From Ignavibacteriales bacterium (GTDB taxonomy: Bacteria; Bacteroidota; Ignavibacteria; UBA10030; UBA6906), in contig JBBIRR010000007.1 in NCBI GenBank assembly GCA_037441705.1, positions 1 to 64,000 of the forward strand: a stretch of 64,000 nt of DNA, given 5' to 3'. The notes under the pieces are model-generated. The model was given only the letters and a program-made list of their open reading frames with translations, was not told the DNA's origin and made no database searches. Position numbers and translations under genes: made by a program. Within the stretch, counting starts at the first letter, position 1. Each line of letters starts with the position of its first letter. Shown piece by piece: positions 1 through 9,381 of the stretch.

Positions 1-132
1 AAGAATTTCCTGCAATGAGGGGCCGGTTGTCTCCGTTTGCAATCCTGTGTTGCTGCTTTCTTCTGTCATATCACATCGTTCAAGCAGACCATAACATGGT
101 GTCACTGATTATTGGTACTGCGTGGACAGTGC

Positions 133-248
133 CTATTCAATAGGTTGGTGTATTACCTGCCGGGCTCTTTCGACAACACCACGTCCAATATTTTCAGCCG
201 CTTCATGGCCTTTTCAAGATAGCTGCGCGCAAGCAAGGAGGTTGTCAC
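133..248 (-). pseudogene. HEPN-domain toxin remnant (internal deletion)
   Basis: A GTG start overlaps the MNT stop (GTGA) and reads MTTSLLARSYLEKAMKRLKILDVVLSKEPGR*, resembling a HEPN N-terminus. A second frame gives VVERARQVIHQPIE*, resembling a HEPN C-terminal helix. The middle of the gene is missing. Confidence 0.6.
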
Positions 249-736
249 AGTGTAATCTCCTCTCCTGGGACGTAAGGGTCCTTCAGAACCCAATACCATG
301 AATCACCTCGAAACACGCGGTGCGCCCCCTGCGCACGAAGTCTTGCTCGGAAGTCCATCAGATACTTCTCGAAAAAACCATCTGTGTCGAAGAGAATCCT
401 GCCATCTTCAACCATATCGAGAAATAACGGGCTGCCGATGCGTACTTCGTCGGGTGTTTTGAGTACCGGGGAAAGCTCAACAAAGATTCCCCTGTGCCGC
501 GCCTCGGCGAGCTTCCCTTTCAGTGCTCGTTCGACCGCCATAAACTCCGCAACCCTTCGCACACGGCCCACCGGCAGCGGGTGCACAACGAGAAGAAAAT
601 CAATGTCCGAGTGCGGACCCATCGTCTCTCGAGCCGTAGAGCCAAACAAACAGAAGCTGATGAGCCGAGAACCGTAGTACTTCCGACATTCCTCCAGCAG
701 CTGTTCGATCAGGTCTTTGTATGTTTCGTGAAGCAT
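245..736 (-). CDS. Minimal nucleotidyltransferase (MNT, antitoxin-like)
   Basis: Pol-beta superfamily motif LFGSTARETMGPHSDIDFL; 163 aa; lies directly upstream of the HEPN remnant. Confidence 0.85.
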   Translation of the reverse strand: MLHETYKDLIEQLLEECRKYYGSRLISFCLFGSTARETMGPHSDIDFLLVVHPLPVGRVRRVAEFMAVERALKGKLAEARHRGIFVELSPVLKTPDEVRIGSPLFLDMVEDGRILFDTDGFFEKYLMDFRARLRAQGAHRVFRGDSWYWVLKDPYVPGEEITL

Positions 737-825
737 CTGCTACGCGAGTTTATCCAAATCCTGCTGGCTTCGAGACTGGCTTGTGATTTCGTTCTGCAAA
801 TGAGCTGCTTCGGTTCATCACGCAT

Positions 826-3231
826 CTACTTCGTAATCTGTACGGTAGCGACGGTAATGGCCGCGAGGCTCGCAATGATCGTCACGAGGTCTCTCACCAA
901 AGGCAACGTTTTATCCTCTTTCTCGACGCGCTTGGGCACGGTGATGGAACTGCCCGGCGGAAGTTCCGGATCGGCAATGAAGAACCACCCCCGCTCCCAT
1001 TTTTTCCCGTTGGGTAGAAACGCGACGATCCGCTCCTCATCTGCATCCTGTGTCAGTCCGCCGGCCTGGCGGATGTAGTAGTCCATACTCTCGCCGCCCT
1101 TGAACAAAATAGCCGAGGGTGCGAGGACTTCTCCTTTCACGTACACGACATCATCGAAGAAGGCGATGTGGATGGAATCGCCTTCATTGAGCAAGATGTT
1201 ATCGCGCGAGTACGGGTCAGTAAGGGCCTGGTTGAAGTCAATCGGAATCGTGCCTGTCCTGTTTGCTTTGCGCGTCAGACGCGAGGCTGCGAGGTACGCT
1301 CCCGGCCGCAATCCGCCGGCACGCTTGATCACTTCGGCGAGCCGCTCTCCCTCATACCGAATGGCATAGACGCCGGGATTCATCACGTAGCCCGTGACCT
1401 TCACCAATTTGTTGGACGTAAAGCGCGGGTCGCTCGGCACAAAAACGAAATCAAAATCCTGCAGCTCAAATGCCTGCCCGTTCGCCGACGTCCAGTAATC
1501 CTCCGTCACGTCGATAAGGTGTACCGTGCTGTAGTTCCCGAGGTGTGTCGTGTCGATGCGAGAGACTTCCCATCCCTTGCGTGATGCGCCTTCCGTCAAT
1601 CCTCCCGCAAGCACTACAAGGTCGGCGACGGTCATCTTCTCGCTGCGCGGATAAACGCCAGGATTGCGCACAGCTCCATCAATCGAGACAGAGTGTTGGG
1701 GAAAGAACCTGCTTTCTTCGTAGATAACGAGACTGTCCTCATTTTCCAACAAGAGATTATGCTGCGGATCTCCTTCGAGGGCAAGGCGCGGGTTGAACGC
1801 ATGAATGGCGCGTCGGAGATTAGGAAGCAATCGGAAGAGCGTTCCGCGTTCGGCAAACGTGTTGCGCTCCAGACTGTCCGCTTCCAGGATGAGGTCACGC
1901 ACACGCATCCCTGCGCGCAGAGCAAATCGTCCCGGCTTGTTGACGTTGCCGGTGATGCTGACGCGGTTCTGCACAAAGTCGGAAATGCGAAAGATGGTGA
2001 CGACGTCGCCGTCTTCAAGGCGTTCTCTGCTGTTGCGCAGTTCCTCCAGCGAGGTGAACCGCAGATCGAGTTCGAGCACGTCTTTGTTCTGTTTGGATCG
2101 TTGTTCGAAGGGAATGACCCGCTCGATATGTACGCGGTCGAAGTACGCGTCGAAGCGCAATCCGCCTGCAAGATTGATGAGGTCGCCGAGCGTTTCGGAC
2201 ACGTTCAACTCGTAGATGGCGGGGCGCACAACACTTCCGGCCAACGCAACACGGCGTCCGGCGGGCTTCACGAATACGATGTCGCCATCCTGCAGACGAA
2301 CGTCCTTCGAATTGTCCCCGCGAATCACGTAGTCGTACACGTCAATCGGAGGAAGGTTTGCCCCTTTGCGCACAACCTGCACGCTGCGCAGAGTGCCATC
2401 CACCGTCGGTCCGCCTGCGAGATACAACGCGTGGAAGGCGGTCGAGAACGACGAGATCGCATACCCGCCCGGCTTCGCTACTTCGCCCAGGACGAATACC
2501 TGCAAGGTTCGCAACTTGCCGAGAGAAACATCAAGGAACGTGTTGGGCTGCCCGAACCGACTGTCCAACCCGGAGTAGATCGCCGCCATGCGCCGCAGCA
2601 GACGTTTCTTGAACTCTTCGATCGTCGACCCGCTGGCGCTGACCGGGCCGACATCCGGAACAATCACATTGCCTTCCCGGTTGATCTGCAGCTGATAGTT
2701 GAGCTTGGTCTCTCCCCATACGGTCACAACAAGCTCATCGCCCGGACCGAGGACGTACGAGGGCGGACTGGCAAGATTCAGGACAGGCTCGAAGGCCGAG
2801 GCGGGAAGCTGAAACAAACTGTAGCCGAACGGCTGAAGTGACTCGGCGCCGTGGCGATCCGAAAGACCGGGAATCACGAGAGGTTTTGGCGGAGCCGCAG
2901 TGGTGCGCTCACTTGGCGGTGGCTGCACTGTTGAGAGCGCAGACGCAGCCGCACCCGCCTGAGGTTCCGATTCTGGCGCAGGAACACGAGTAAGGTAATC
3001 TTCAAGCGAGATATTCAACTCCTGTGCTCGTCTTACCGCCTCCTCACGCGTGATGCCGAACTCTTTCAGCTTCTGTTCGATCTCTTCCGGGGTCATCGTC
3101 TTCAGTCGTGCCTCTGCCTGCTGCCGCAGCTGCGCGCGGGTTTGCCCGGCGACGGAAGATGCTGCAAGAATCAGAACGACGATGAAGATACCCTTGACCA
3201 GTGATGCGAGGTGTACTTGGAATCTTTGCAA
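826..3231 (-). CDS. Polysaccharide export protein with multiple SLBB domains (Wza/KpsD-like)
   Basis: Signal peptide, Poly_export motif YVLGPGDELVVTVWG, repeated SLBB units (VLGEVAKPG, GSVVRPAIYE, GNVNKPG, GAVRNPG, GYVMNPG) and a C-terminal amphipathic helix. Confidence 0.9.
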   Translation of the reverse strand: MQRFQVHLASLVKGIFIVVLILAASSVAGQTRAQLRQQAEARLKTMTPEEIEQKLKEFGITREEAVRRAQELNISLEDYLTRVPAPESEPQAGAAASALSTVQPPPSERTTAAPPKPLVIPGLSDRHGAESLQPFGYSLFQLPASAFEPVLNLASPPSYVLGPGDELVVTVWGETKLNYQLQINREGNVIVPDVGPVSASGSTIEEFKKRLLRRMAAIYSGLDSRFGQPNTFLDVSLGKLRTLQVFVLGEVAKPGGYAISSFSTAFHALYLAGGPTVDGTLRSVQVVRKGANLPPIDVYDYVIRGDNSKDVRLQDGDIVFVKPAGRRVALAGSVVRPAIYELNVSETLGDLINLAGGLRFDAYFDRVHIERVIPFEQRSKQNKDVLELDLRFTSLEELRNSRERLEDGDVVTIFRISDFVQNRVSITGNVNKPGRFALRAGMRVRDLILEADSLERNTFAERGTLFRLLPNLRRAIHAFNPRLALEGDPQHNLLLENEDSLVIYEESRFFPQHSVSIDGAVRNPGVYPRSEKMTVADLVVLAGGLTEGASRKGWEVSRIDTTHLGNYSTVHLIDVTEDYWTSANGQAFELQDFDFVFVPSDPRFTSNKLVKVTGYVMNPGVYAIRYEGERLAEVIKRAGGLRPGAYLAASRLTRKANRTGTIPIDFNQALTDPYSRDNILLNEGDSIHIAFFDDVVYVKGEVLAPSAILFKGGESMDYYIRQAGGLTQDADEERIVAFLPNGKKWERGWFFIADPELPPGSSITVPKRVEKEDKTLPLVRDLVTIIASLAAITVATVQITK

Positions 3232-3375
3232 GAAAGACCTACTGTGACGTGTGAGAGATGAAACATGCTTCCCCTAAACACGTGTCAAAATGTGAAAAAA
3301 AGCGAGGAGAAACAAGAACGGGGATGGGTGATTTGCGCTGCGTCAAAGTCGGCTCGGCTTCGAGGCTCGGGTTTC

Positions 3376-3417
3376 GGATGCTGGATACAGGATGCTGGAT
3401 TCAAGATGCAAGATGAC
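3376..3417. repeat. Degenerate 7-bp tandem repeat (RGATRCW-like, 6 units)
   Basis: ggatgct ggataca ggatgct ggattca agatgca agatgac. Confidence 0.75.
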
Positions 3418-3430
3418 AATACGTCCCTTC

Positions 3431-3525
3431 GTCATGCTGAGCGCTGCTTTCAAAGCGCGAAGCCTCCAGAACCACCCTTCGACTCCGTCCCGCCTGAAAA
3501 GCGGCGGGACTGCGCTCAGGGTGAC
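3431..3525. repeat. REP/MITE-like palindromic element
   Basis: Imperfect terminal inverted repeats gtcatgctgagcg / cgctcagggtgac enclose an internal hairpin gtcccgcc-tgaaaagc-ggcgggac (3487-3510). Confidence 0.65.
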
Positions 3526-3531
3526 ACCACC

Positions 3532-3614
3532 ATTCGAGGTTTGGGGTTTGAGGTTGGGGGTTGGAGATTCGGGGTTCAAGGTTCAAGCTTCGAAGTTCAG
3601 GGTTCATGGTTTCG
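3532..3614. repeat. Degenerate 7-bp tandem repeat (GTTYRRG-like, about 11 units)
   Basis: attcgag gtttggg gtttgag gttgggg gttggag attcggg gttcaag gttcaag cttcgaa gttcagg gttcatg; four more units at about 3695-3722. Confidence 0.75.
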
Positions 3615-3807
3615 TTCGGACGTCACGGCTTATGAGCCACCCACCCGCGCCGTGACGGAAGGGCGGGAACGTGAGCCAGCGGAGCCGCGGGTCTGTTCGA
3701 GGTTTGAGATTCGAGGTTCGATGCCGGTGGTTCTAGTTCCCGGGGTCAATGTCGTTCGTGTTCCCAGATTCTTCAGAATGACGAAACGAGTACGAGACAC
3801 CATGGCG

Positions 3808-4059
3808 TTAACGGACAAACCGCTGGAGCAATTCGACAAGAAACCTGCGACCGGCGCGCGATTTTAGCCACCGCTCACGCTGCATTGCCTCTGCTCGCGT
3901 CTGATACTGTTCGGCATGAATCAGCTGCCAGGGGCGATACGCCTTCGTCGAGCGAACAAGTCCCTTGTTGTGCTTCTGAACCCGCTCGGCAACATTCTCC
4001 GTCTGCCCGACGTAGGTCCGATCGGCAACCTCAGATGCAAGGACGTACACAGAGAACAT
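3808..4059 (-). CDS. Small GIY-YIG nuclease family protein
   Basis: VYVL...TYVGQT...ERVQKHNKG..RSTK.YRPW...EAMQRERWLKS is the typical stand-alone GIY-YIG pattern. Alternative start at 4074. Confidence 0.88.
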   Translation of the reverse strand: MFSVYVLASEVADRTYVGQTENVAERVQKHNKGLVRSTKAYRPWQLIHAEQYQTRAEAMQRERWLKSRAGRRFLVELLQRFVR

Positions 4060-4077
4060 GTGTGCTTCGGTCATCTC

Positions 4078-4115
4078 TCAAAAAACAAAAGGCAGATCGT
4101 TGATATCTGCCTTTT
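4078..4115 (-). terminator. Intrinsic terminator of tRNA-Ser
   Basis: Hairpin aaaaggcagat-atcaacg-atctgcctttt followed by gtttttt on the minus strand. Confidence 0.8.
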
Positions 4116-4116
4116 G

Positions 4117-4207
4117 CGGAGAGGGAGAGATTCGAACTCTCGGTACGGCTTTTCAACCGTACGGCGGTTTAGCAAACCGCTGGTTTAGGCCACTCACCCA
4201 CCTCTCC
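4117..4207 (-). tRNA. tRNA-Ser(GCT)
   Basis: GGAGAGG acceptor stem, D-loop GAGTGGCCTAAA, anticodon arm GCGGT-TTGCTAA-ACCGC, long variable arm, T-loop GTTCGAATC. CCA is not encoded. Confidence 0.97.
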
Positions 4208-4226
4208 AGAAAAACTTTTTGTGTAG

Positions 4227-4319
4227 CGGCGGTTTAGTCCGTCACGCTCTGCGTGACGGGATCTCGTCCGTCGTCGCTCTGCGACGACCGGACGGACAAA
4301 CCGCTGGTTTAGGCCACTC
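4227..4319 (-). repeat. Partial tRNA-Ser copy (D-loop plus anticodon arm) interrupted by a 59-bp hairpin element
   Basis: 4227-4237 and 4297-4319 match the tRNA exactly. The insert at 4238-4296 has TCCGTC...GACGGA inverted ends and two internal hairpins. Confidence 0.85.
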
Positions 4320-4339
4320 CTGGATTTTTGTACACGCTG

Positions 4340-4368
4340 AAGTTAGGAAAATATCTCGAGCGATGCAA
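4340..4368 (-). promoter_or_regulatory. Putative sigma70 promoter for tRNA-Ser
   Basis: TTGCAT-N17-TAACTT on the minus strand. Confidence 0.55.
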
Positions 4369-4374
4369 TACGCG

Positions 4375-5445
4375 TCATCGGATCAAATCCGTTGTCAGCC
4401 GGAAGCGCAACACCTCTCCTTTTTCTCCATCCAGCACATACAACACGCGCTCAAAGAAGGCAAGACCCGTCGGGCGCAGCATTGCACCGCCGGTTTTGTG
4501 GAGACCAAAGGATTCCGCCTTGAACGTTCCCCTGCTGTTGAATTTGAACACGCTATCCAGGGCCGCATCTGCGATGAAAATGTCGCGACGAGTACGGTCG
4601 ATGGCAACGCCTTCGGGCCGGACAAAGCGCGCGCGGATGAAATCAATACCTCGGTCCTGTGTTCGGGCGGGGTCGAACCGCGGGAGCCATCCTTCAAACT
4701 CCGGTGTGCTCTGATACACCATCCAGAGCGCTCCATAGGACACCTGTTCAAGAGTCTGCGTCAACACAAAGTCCCGCGACCCTTGAAACGCTGTGATCGC
4801 CGTCGGCCGGAAAATGTCGGTAATGCCGCTGCCGCCGCCTCGCGTGGTGAGGGATGCAACCGGCGAAATGAACCGATCATTTCTATCAAATTCCAACACA
4901 CGGGCATCGGGATCGACAACACTCGAATTGTCCGGCCCGTCACGCACAACGAGATACCGGTTGTCACCGAAGACGGTGATGCCCGGAAAGCGTCGCGCGG
5001 GTCTGGCAAGCTCGCGCCAGATAGTATCGATGCGTGCGTTCTCCAAGCGATGTTCCGCCGGTACAAGATGAATGCGAAAGACAGCCCCGACGCTGTCACC
5101 GTTCGGCGCGACAATCTGTCCGCCGACGAGAAGATCAAGACGGCTGTCCTGAGCAATCGAAATCGGGCGCAGCATTCTCCTGGCGCTCAGCACCTGTCCC
5201 GCGCGGTTCATCATCACGATGCGGCCGGTACCTTCGCCGTAGGTATCCGCGACGTACAGCAGCTGATCGTTCCCGATGATGACGTCCTCCGGCTTCGTAA
5301 AACCGCCGAACGGTGGCGTGATCTGCACATAGGCCGTATCGAAAAGCGTCTCCTCCACAGCCAGGGGCAGCGGCGGTTTCTGCTGGCAACTGAAGAACAG
5401 AAGAATCGCTACCGCCGAGAAAGCGCTCTGTTTGATCCTCTCCAT
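4375..5445 (-). CDS. Lipoprotein with NHL/beta-propeller-like repeats
   Basis: Lipobox LFFSC; NHL-like segments FTKPEDVIIG..LYVAD, RPEGVAID..IFIAD, RPTGLAF..LYVLD. Confidence 0.75.
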   Translation of the reverse strand: MERIKQSAFSAVAILLFFSCQQKPPLPLAVEETLFDTAYVQITPPFGGFTKPEDVIIGNDQLLYVADTYGEGTGRIVMMNRAGQVLSARRMLRPISIAQDSRLDLLVGGQIVAPNGDSVGAVFRIHLVPAEHRLENARIDTIWRELARPARRFPGITVFGDNRYLVVRDGPDNSSVVDPDARVLEFDRNDRFISPVASLTTRGGGSGITDIFRPTAITAFQGSRDFVLTQTLEQVSYGALWMVYQSTPEFEGWLPRFDPARTQDRGIDFIRARFVRPEGVAIDRTRRDIFIADAALDSVFKFNSRGTFKAESFGLHKTGGAMLRPTGLAFFERVLYVLDGEKGEVLRFRLTTDLIR

Positions 5446-5448
5446 ATC

Positions 5449-6462
5449 TCAATACGTGAAGGCAACTGAAAATCGGTGAATCGAGCCAAGCTCGCCGAAG
5501 CGAGCAAATGCGTAATCGGCGCTGACTCGACTGAGGTTCGACAGATCAACGGCAAAGCCTGCGCCGAGCGTGAAATCTTCCGGTGAGGTTTCGTCTCTGC
5601 CAAAAAGCTTCTGTCCGATCGTTCTCTTCACTCCCGCTCGAACGAAGAACGTGTTCTGGAATGCATACTCTGCCCCAAGCCGAAAGTGTTCCGAGTTGTC
5701 GTTCGGGTGGTTGAGCTGCAGCGACGTGGTAAGCCGTGAGGTTTCATTCTCGATCGCTTCCATCGCTATGCCGAGCTTGAAGGTTGTGGGTAAGGAGAAG
5801 GATTGGAAGTCATCCACCCTGCCGCCGTTGGCAAGCGTTACGCTTCCTTTCGGTTTGGCATCGGCACCGAAGTTGGAGATCGTCACGGCAAAGCGCGTCG
5901 AACCGAGGCCGGTCCAGTACAGCGTGCCGAGATCAATCATCACCGAACGCATCTTGAGCACATCCAGTGTCTCTTCAGCATAACGGATGGTTGCACCGAA
6001 ACTGAATTGCTCCGTCATCTTGTTCGCGTACGTTACTCCGATAGCGATGTCGCCAAAGGAAAAGAATCGTCCCGTCCCAAACGGCTGCGTCTCCGTCGTG
6101 ATCTCCATATCGTCCATGTGCAGCGAGGCAAACGAAAGCCCGACCGCCTGACTCTCGCCGAGCTTGTACGTGATGCCGAAAAATTCGTGACTGATATCGA
6201 CGACATACGCCGTGTGCGATGCCATCACCTGATTGGACGGCATCTCGACGAGGCCTGCCGGATTCCAGAAAAGCGCCGATGCATCGTTGGCAACAGCGAT
6301 GAACGACTCGCCCATCGCAACAGCGCGAGCGCCCACGCCAATCTTCAGGAACTGGAACGCCGAAATGCCCGCCCGCTGGCCGCCTAAGTTGGGCACAAGT
6401 TGCGCATGGCTCCATCGAGGAAGCAGCAACAGAACGCTCGCTATGATGACAACTCGTTTCAT
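5449..6462 (-). CDS. PorV/PorQ family outer-membrane beta-barrel
   Basis: Signature QFLKIGVGARAVAMGESF.AVANDASALFWNPAGL; C-terminal strand HRFSVAFTY. Confidence 0.88.
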   Translation of the reverse strand: MKRVVIIASVLLLLPRWSHAQLVPNLGGQRAGISAFQFLKIGVGARAVAMGESFIAVANDASALFWNPAGLVEMPSNQVMASHTAYVVDISHEFFGITYKLGESQAVGLSFASLHMDDMEITTETQPFGTGRFFSFGDIAIGVTYANKMTEQFSFGATIRYAEETLDVLKMRSVMIDLGTLYWTGLGSTRFAVTISNFGADAKPKGSVTLANGGRVDDFQSFSLPTTFKLGIAMEAIENETSRLTTSLQLNHPNDNSEHFRLGAEYAFQNTFFVRAGVKRTIGQKLFGRDETSPEDFTLGAGFAVDLSNLSRVSADYAFARFGELGSIHRFSVAFTY

Positions 6463-9381
6463 CTAAAACCTGAACGCCAAACTGAACCGAACCGTGCGCG
6501 GCTCCTTATACCGCGCCGGGTCATACGGATACGGAGAAACATTACCGGTTAATTGCGGATACAGAGGATCGTTGTAGAACGACGGCGTTGGATCGCCGTA
6601 CTCGTACGCCCTTCCGGTGACCGGATTGATGATTTGTGAGTTCCTGATGTCGAACAGGTTTTGCACTTCAATTGCCGCAATCAGTTTCCCGAAGCCGAGG
6701 TCGAAGTACTTCTCAAAGTTCAGATCAACAAAGAACCAATCATCACCTGTCCTTTCGTTGATTTGATTGAGATCCTGGTAGTAGATCGGCCGGCCGGTGA
6801 TCGGGTCGCGTTCCTGCTGTCCCGTGATCGGATCAATGAGCGGCACATGCGGCGTGTACCGCTTTCCGGTTTGGAAAAAGAACCGGATGTACAAATTGTA
6901 GTCATCCAGAATCCCGGGGGCAAAGCCGAAGAGCGGCTCATCTTTCGGCACGGAGAAATTCAGACTTGCCGAAAGTTGAACCGGGCGATCCCAAATCAGG
7001 AAGCGTTCCTTGATATTCTCCGGTTCTCCTTCTTGCAAACGCACAGTATTCTCGCTCGGCGATGAACTCTTGCCCGTGGCAATCGAGTACGAACCGGCAA
7101 ACGAACCGCGGAACCAGTTGCCGATCCGCTTCTTGTACTCTACCTCGATGCCCTTGATGCGGGCATAGTCGGCATTGAGATTGGTGTTGTAGAACAGCGA
7201 ACCGCTCAAGCCCGAGGTTCGTCGTACGGTCTTCTCGGTGATGTAATCGAAGATGTCTTTGTAGTAGGCCGTCACCGTCAGCACGTCGTTGCCGGAGAGC
7301 TGATTGCGCACACCGAGCTCGTACGCGACAGTCGTTTCGGGATTGAGATCGGGATTGCCGACGGCGGCGGTGTTCGAACGGACGCTCGTGCGGTTCAGCT
7401 TCGAATACACGTATTGGGGACGAGGGAATTTGGAGAAGTGGCCGTACGAAAAGAACAACGTCTGATTGTCGGTGATGGGATGGGAGATGCCCAACCGCGG
7501 ACTGATCCGCGCTTTCACCCGTCTGCCGAACAGGCTGAAGGTGTTATCCAAGTACTGCTTCCGCAGACCCGGCGCGACAATGAGCGAGAGGGACGTATCC
7601 TTCGCAATGTCGTCAACGAACTTGCCCGGGAGCCAGTAATCCAACCGCAGGCCGAAGTTGAGAATCATGCCCTTCAGCGTGATGTTATCCTGCGCGTAGA
7701 TTGCACCGAGGGCGGGATTGACGTTGTAGATGTCGTTATCGAAGCCCTGCGGCGCTTTGGGATTCCCACTTGTCCGTATCCACGGGCGGAAGATATCCAC
7801 CATCTGCAAGTCCTGAATCCGCACCTCGACGCCGGTCTTGAACTTGTTCCTTTCGGAAAAGTAATGCGTCAGATCGAACTTGAAGGTGTACTCGGAGGCA
7901 AACTGATCCCGATACGAACTGGGCGCGCCGAGGTCGTAGAAGCCGTCCCCCGGAATGACGCCTACGGTGTCGGTGTTCTGGTTGAAGTAACGAATCGGGT
8001 AGGTGACGATGTCCTGCGGCTCGATGTACTGATCGAAGCTTTTTCCATTGGCGTCGCCGCGAATGCGCGCCGTGTAGGCACCCAGCCGGAGTTCATAGAA
8101 CGTCTCCTTGCTGAGGGTATGCGTCCAGGTGAGTGAGTGCTGGATATTCCTCTGCGTGAACGTGTTTGCGCTGTCGGGAATGAATTGAAACAGGTACTGA
8201 TAGCCGGGGTTCGGTTCTACACGTTCCAGCGTCGCCTGAATCGTTTGCGTGTTCTGATTGATGGCAACCGACTGGCTGAACGTGTAGGAAAGCTTGATGG
8301 TCCCCGCCGGCTTGTAGGTCAACTTCGCCACCATCGAATAGTCGTTGTTGCGGCGCGGCGAAAACGAACTGCCGCCTCCCGAAGGAAAGATAGAAGAATA
8401 CAATCCGTGCGGCGCCTGCACAACGTAGCCTGCCGGTCTGCCTTGACCGTCATACACTTCGACCCACCGCGTGTAATCGTCGGTGCGGCGCGCGAACACC
8501 GTCCCGAAGAAACTCATCTGTCCCGGAATCTCGATCCCGAGAGACGGAAAAATATACGTTGTCAGCGGCTCGGGTCCGCTCAAGCTGAGGTCGAAATTGT
8601 CCGTATTCCAGTTCGAACGGCTATTGTTGTTGAATCCGAAATGATCGAGCTTGTAAGAGACTGAACCGCTATACCGGTCGGACCCTTCCCGCGTCGTTAT
8701 GTTGACGATGCCCGAGGTTGCCTGGCCGTACTCGGCGTTGTAGCCGCCGGTAATGACCTCCACATCCTGAATCGAGGACGGGCTGACTTGCAATCCGAAG
8801 CCGGTACCCGCGAGAGGGTCTTGGATTGAAATGCCGTCGAGCAACACGGCCGCTTCGTGCGTGCGCCCGCCGCGAATGTGAATCTCGTTGTCCGAAAATA
8901 CGACGCCGGGCTGGAGCGCGACAATGTTTTCGACTTTCGTGAGCGCGGCAGCCTGAATGTCCTGCTGCCCCACCGAACGACGACTCGCCGTCTCCTCGAT
9001 GTCGAACAGCGGCTTCTCCCCTACCACCACAACTTCCTTGTCAATTGCGAGCACCGTCTCTTCCAACTTCGCGGTGAAGCGTGTGGTCTCGCCCGCCTCC
9101 ACTTTCATGTTCGTAAACTGAACAACCTTATATCCGAGCAGCGACACTTCGATGACGTACGTTCCCGGATTGACGTTCTCGATCTTCACAACGCCATCAA
9201 TATTGGTGGAACCGCCGTAATAGGTTCCCTTGAGGATGACATTCGCGCCGGGAAGCTCTTCGTTCGTTTTCGCATCGACAACTTTTCCCTCAATCCTTCC
9301 TTTCCCAGTTGTCTGACCGAATGCCGTGAACGCCGCCAGCGCAGCAAGGCAACACAGGCTGTATGTAACGCGACTCATCAT
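6463..9381 (-). CDS. TonB-dependent receptor with N-terminal carboxypeptidase-regulatory-like domain
   Basis: Signal peptide; GKVVDAKTNEELPGANV domain; plug motifs IHIRGGR and VITGGYNAEYGQATSGIVNITT; GNPDLNPE motif; terminal Phe. Confidence 0.92.
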   Translation of the reverse strand: MMSRVTYSLCCLAALAAFTAFGQTTGKGRIEGKVVDAKTNEELPGANVILKGTYYGGSTNIDGVVKIENVNPGTYVIEVSLLGYKVVQFTNMKVEAGETTRFTAKLEETVLAIDKEVVVVGEKPLFDIEETASRRSVGQQDIQAAALTKVENIVALQPGVVFSDNEIHIRGGRTHEAAVLLDGISIQDPLAGTGFGLQVSPSSIQDVEVITGGYNAEYGQATSGIVNITTREGSDRYSGSVSYKLDHFGFNNNSRSNWNTDNFDLSLSGPEPLTTYIFPSLGIEIPGQMSFFGTVFARRTDDYTRWVEVYDGQGRPAGYVVQAPHGLYSSIFPSGGGSSFSPRRNNDYSMVAKLTYKPAGTIKLSYTFSQSVAINQNTQTIQATLERVEPNPGYQYLFQFIPDSANTFTQRNIQHSLTWTHTLSKETFYELRLGAYTARIRGDANGKSFDQYIEPQDIVTYPIRYFNQNTDTVGVIPGDGFYDLGAPSSYRDQFASEYTFKFDLTHYFSERNKFKTGVEVRIQDLQMVDIFRPWIRTSGNPKAPQGFDNDIYNVNPALGAIYAQDNITLKGMILNFGLRLDYWLPGKFVDDIAKDTSLSLIVAPGLRKQYLDNTFSLFGRRVKARISPRLGISHPITDNQTLFFSYGHFSKFPRPQYVYSKLNRTSVRSNTAAVGNPDLNPETTVAYELGVRNQLSGNDVLTVTAYYKDIFDYITEKTVRRTSGLSGSLFYNTNLNADYARIKGIEVEYKKRIGNWFRGSFAGSYSIATGKSSSPSENTVRLQEGEPENIKERFLIWDRPVQLSASLNFSVPKDEPLFGFAPGILDDYNLYIRFFFQTGKRYTPHVPLIDPITGQQERDPITGRPIYYQDLNQINERTGDDWFFVDLNFEKYFDLGFGKLIAAIEVQNLFDIRNSQIINPVTGRAYEYGDPTPSFYNDPLYPQLTGNVSPYPYDPARYKEPRTVRFSLAFRF

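Noticed and set aside
3376-3722. Short repeat arrays (also 11223-11300) as CRISPR
   Set aside because: Units are 7-8 bp in tandem with no unique spacers, and there are no cas genes.
3265-3867. 200-aa plus-strand ORF and overlapping small ORFs
   Set aside because: These are translations of heptamer arrays and palindromes; low complexity and no protein motif.
4227-4319. Intron-containing second tRNA-Ser, or att site of an integrated element
   Set aside because: The copy lacks acceptor and T arms, the insert is far too short for a group I intron, the duplicated part is not the tRNA 3' end, and no integrase is present.
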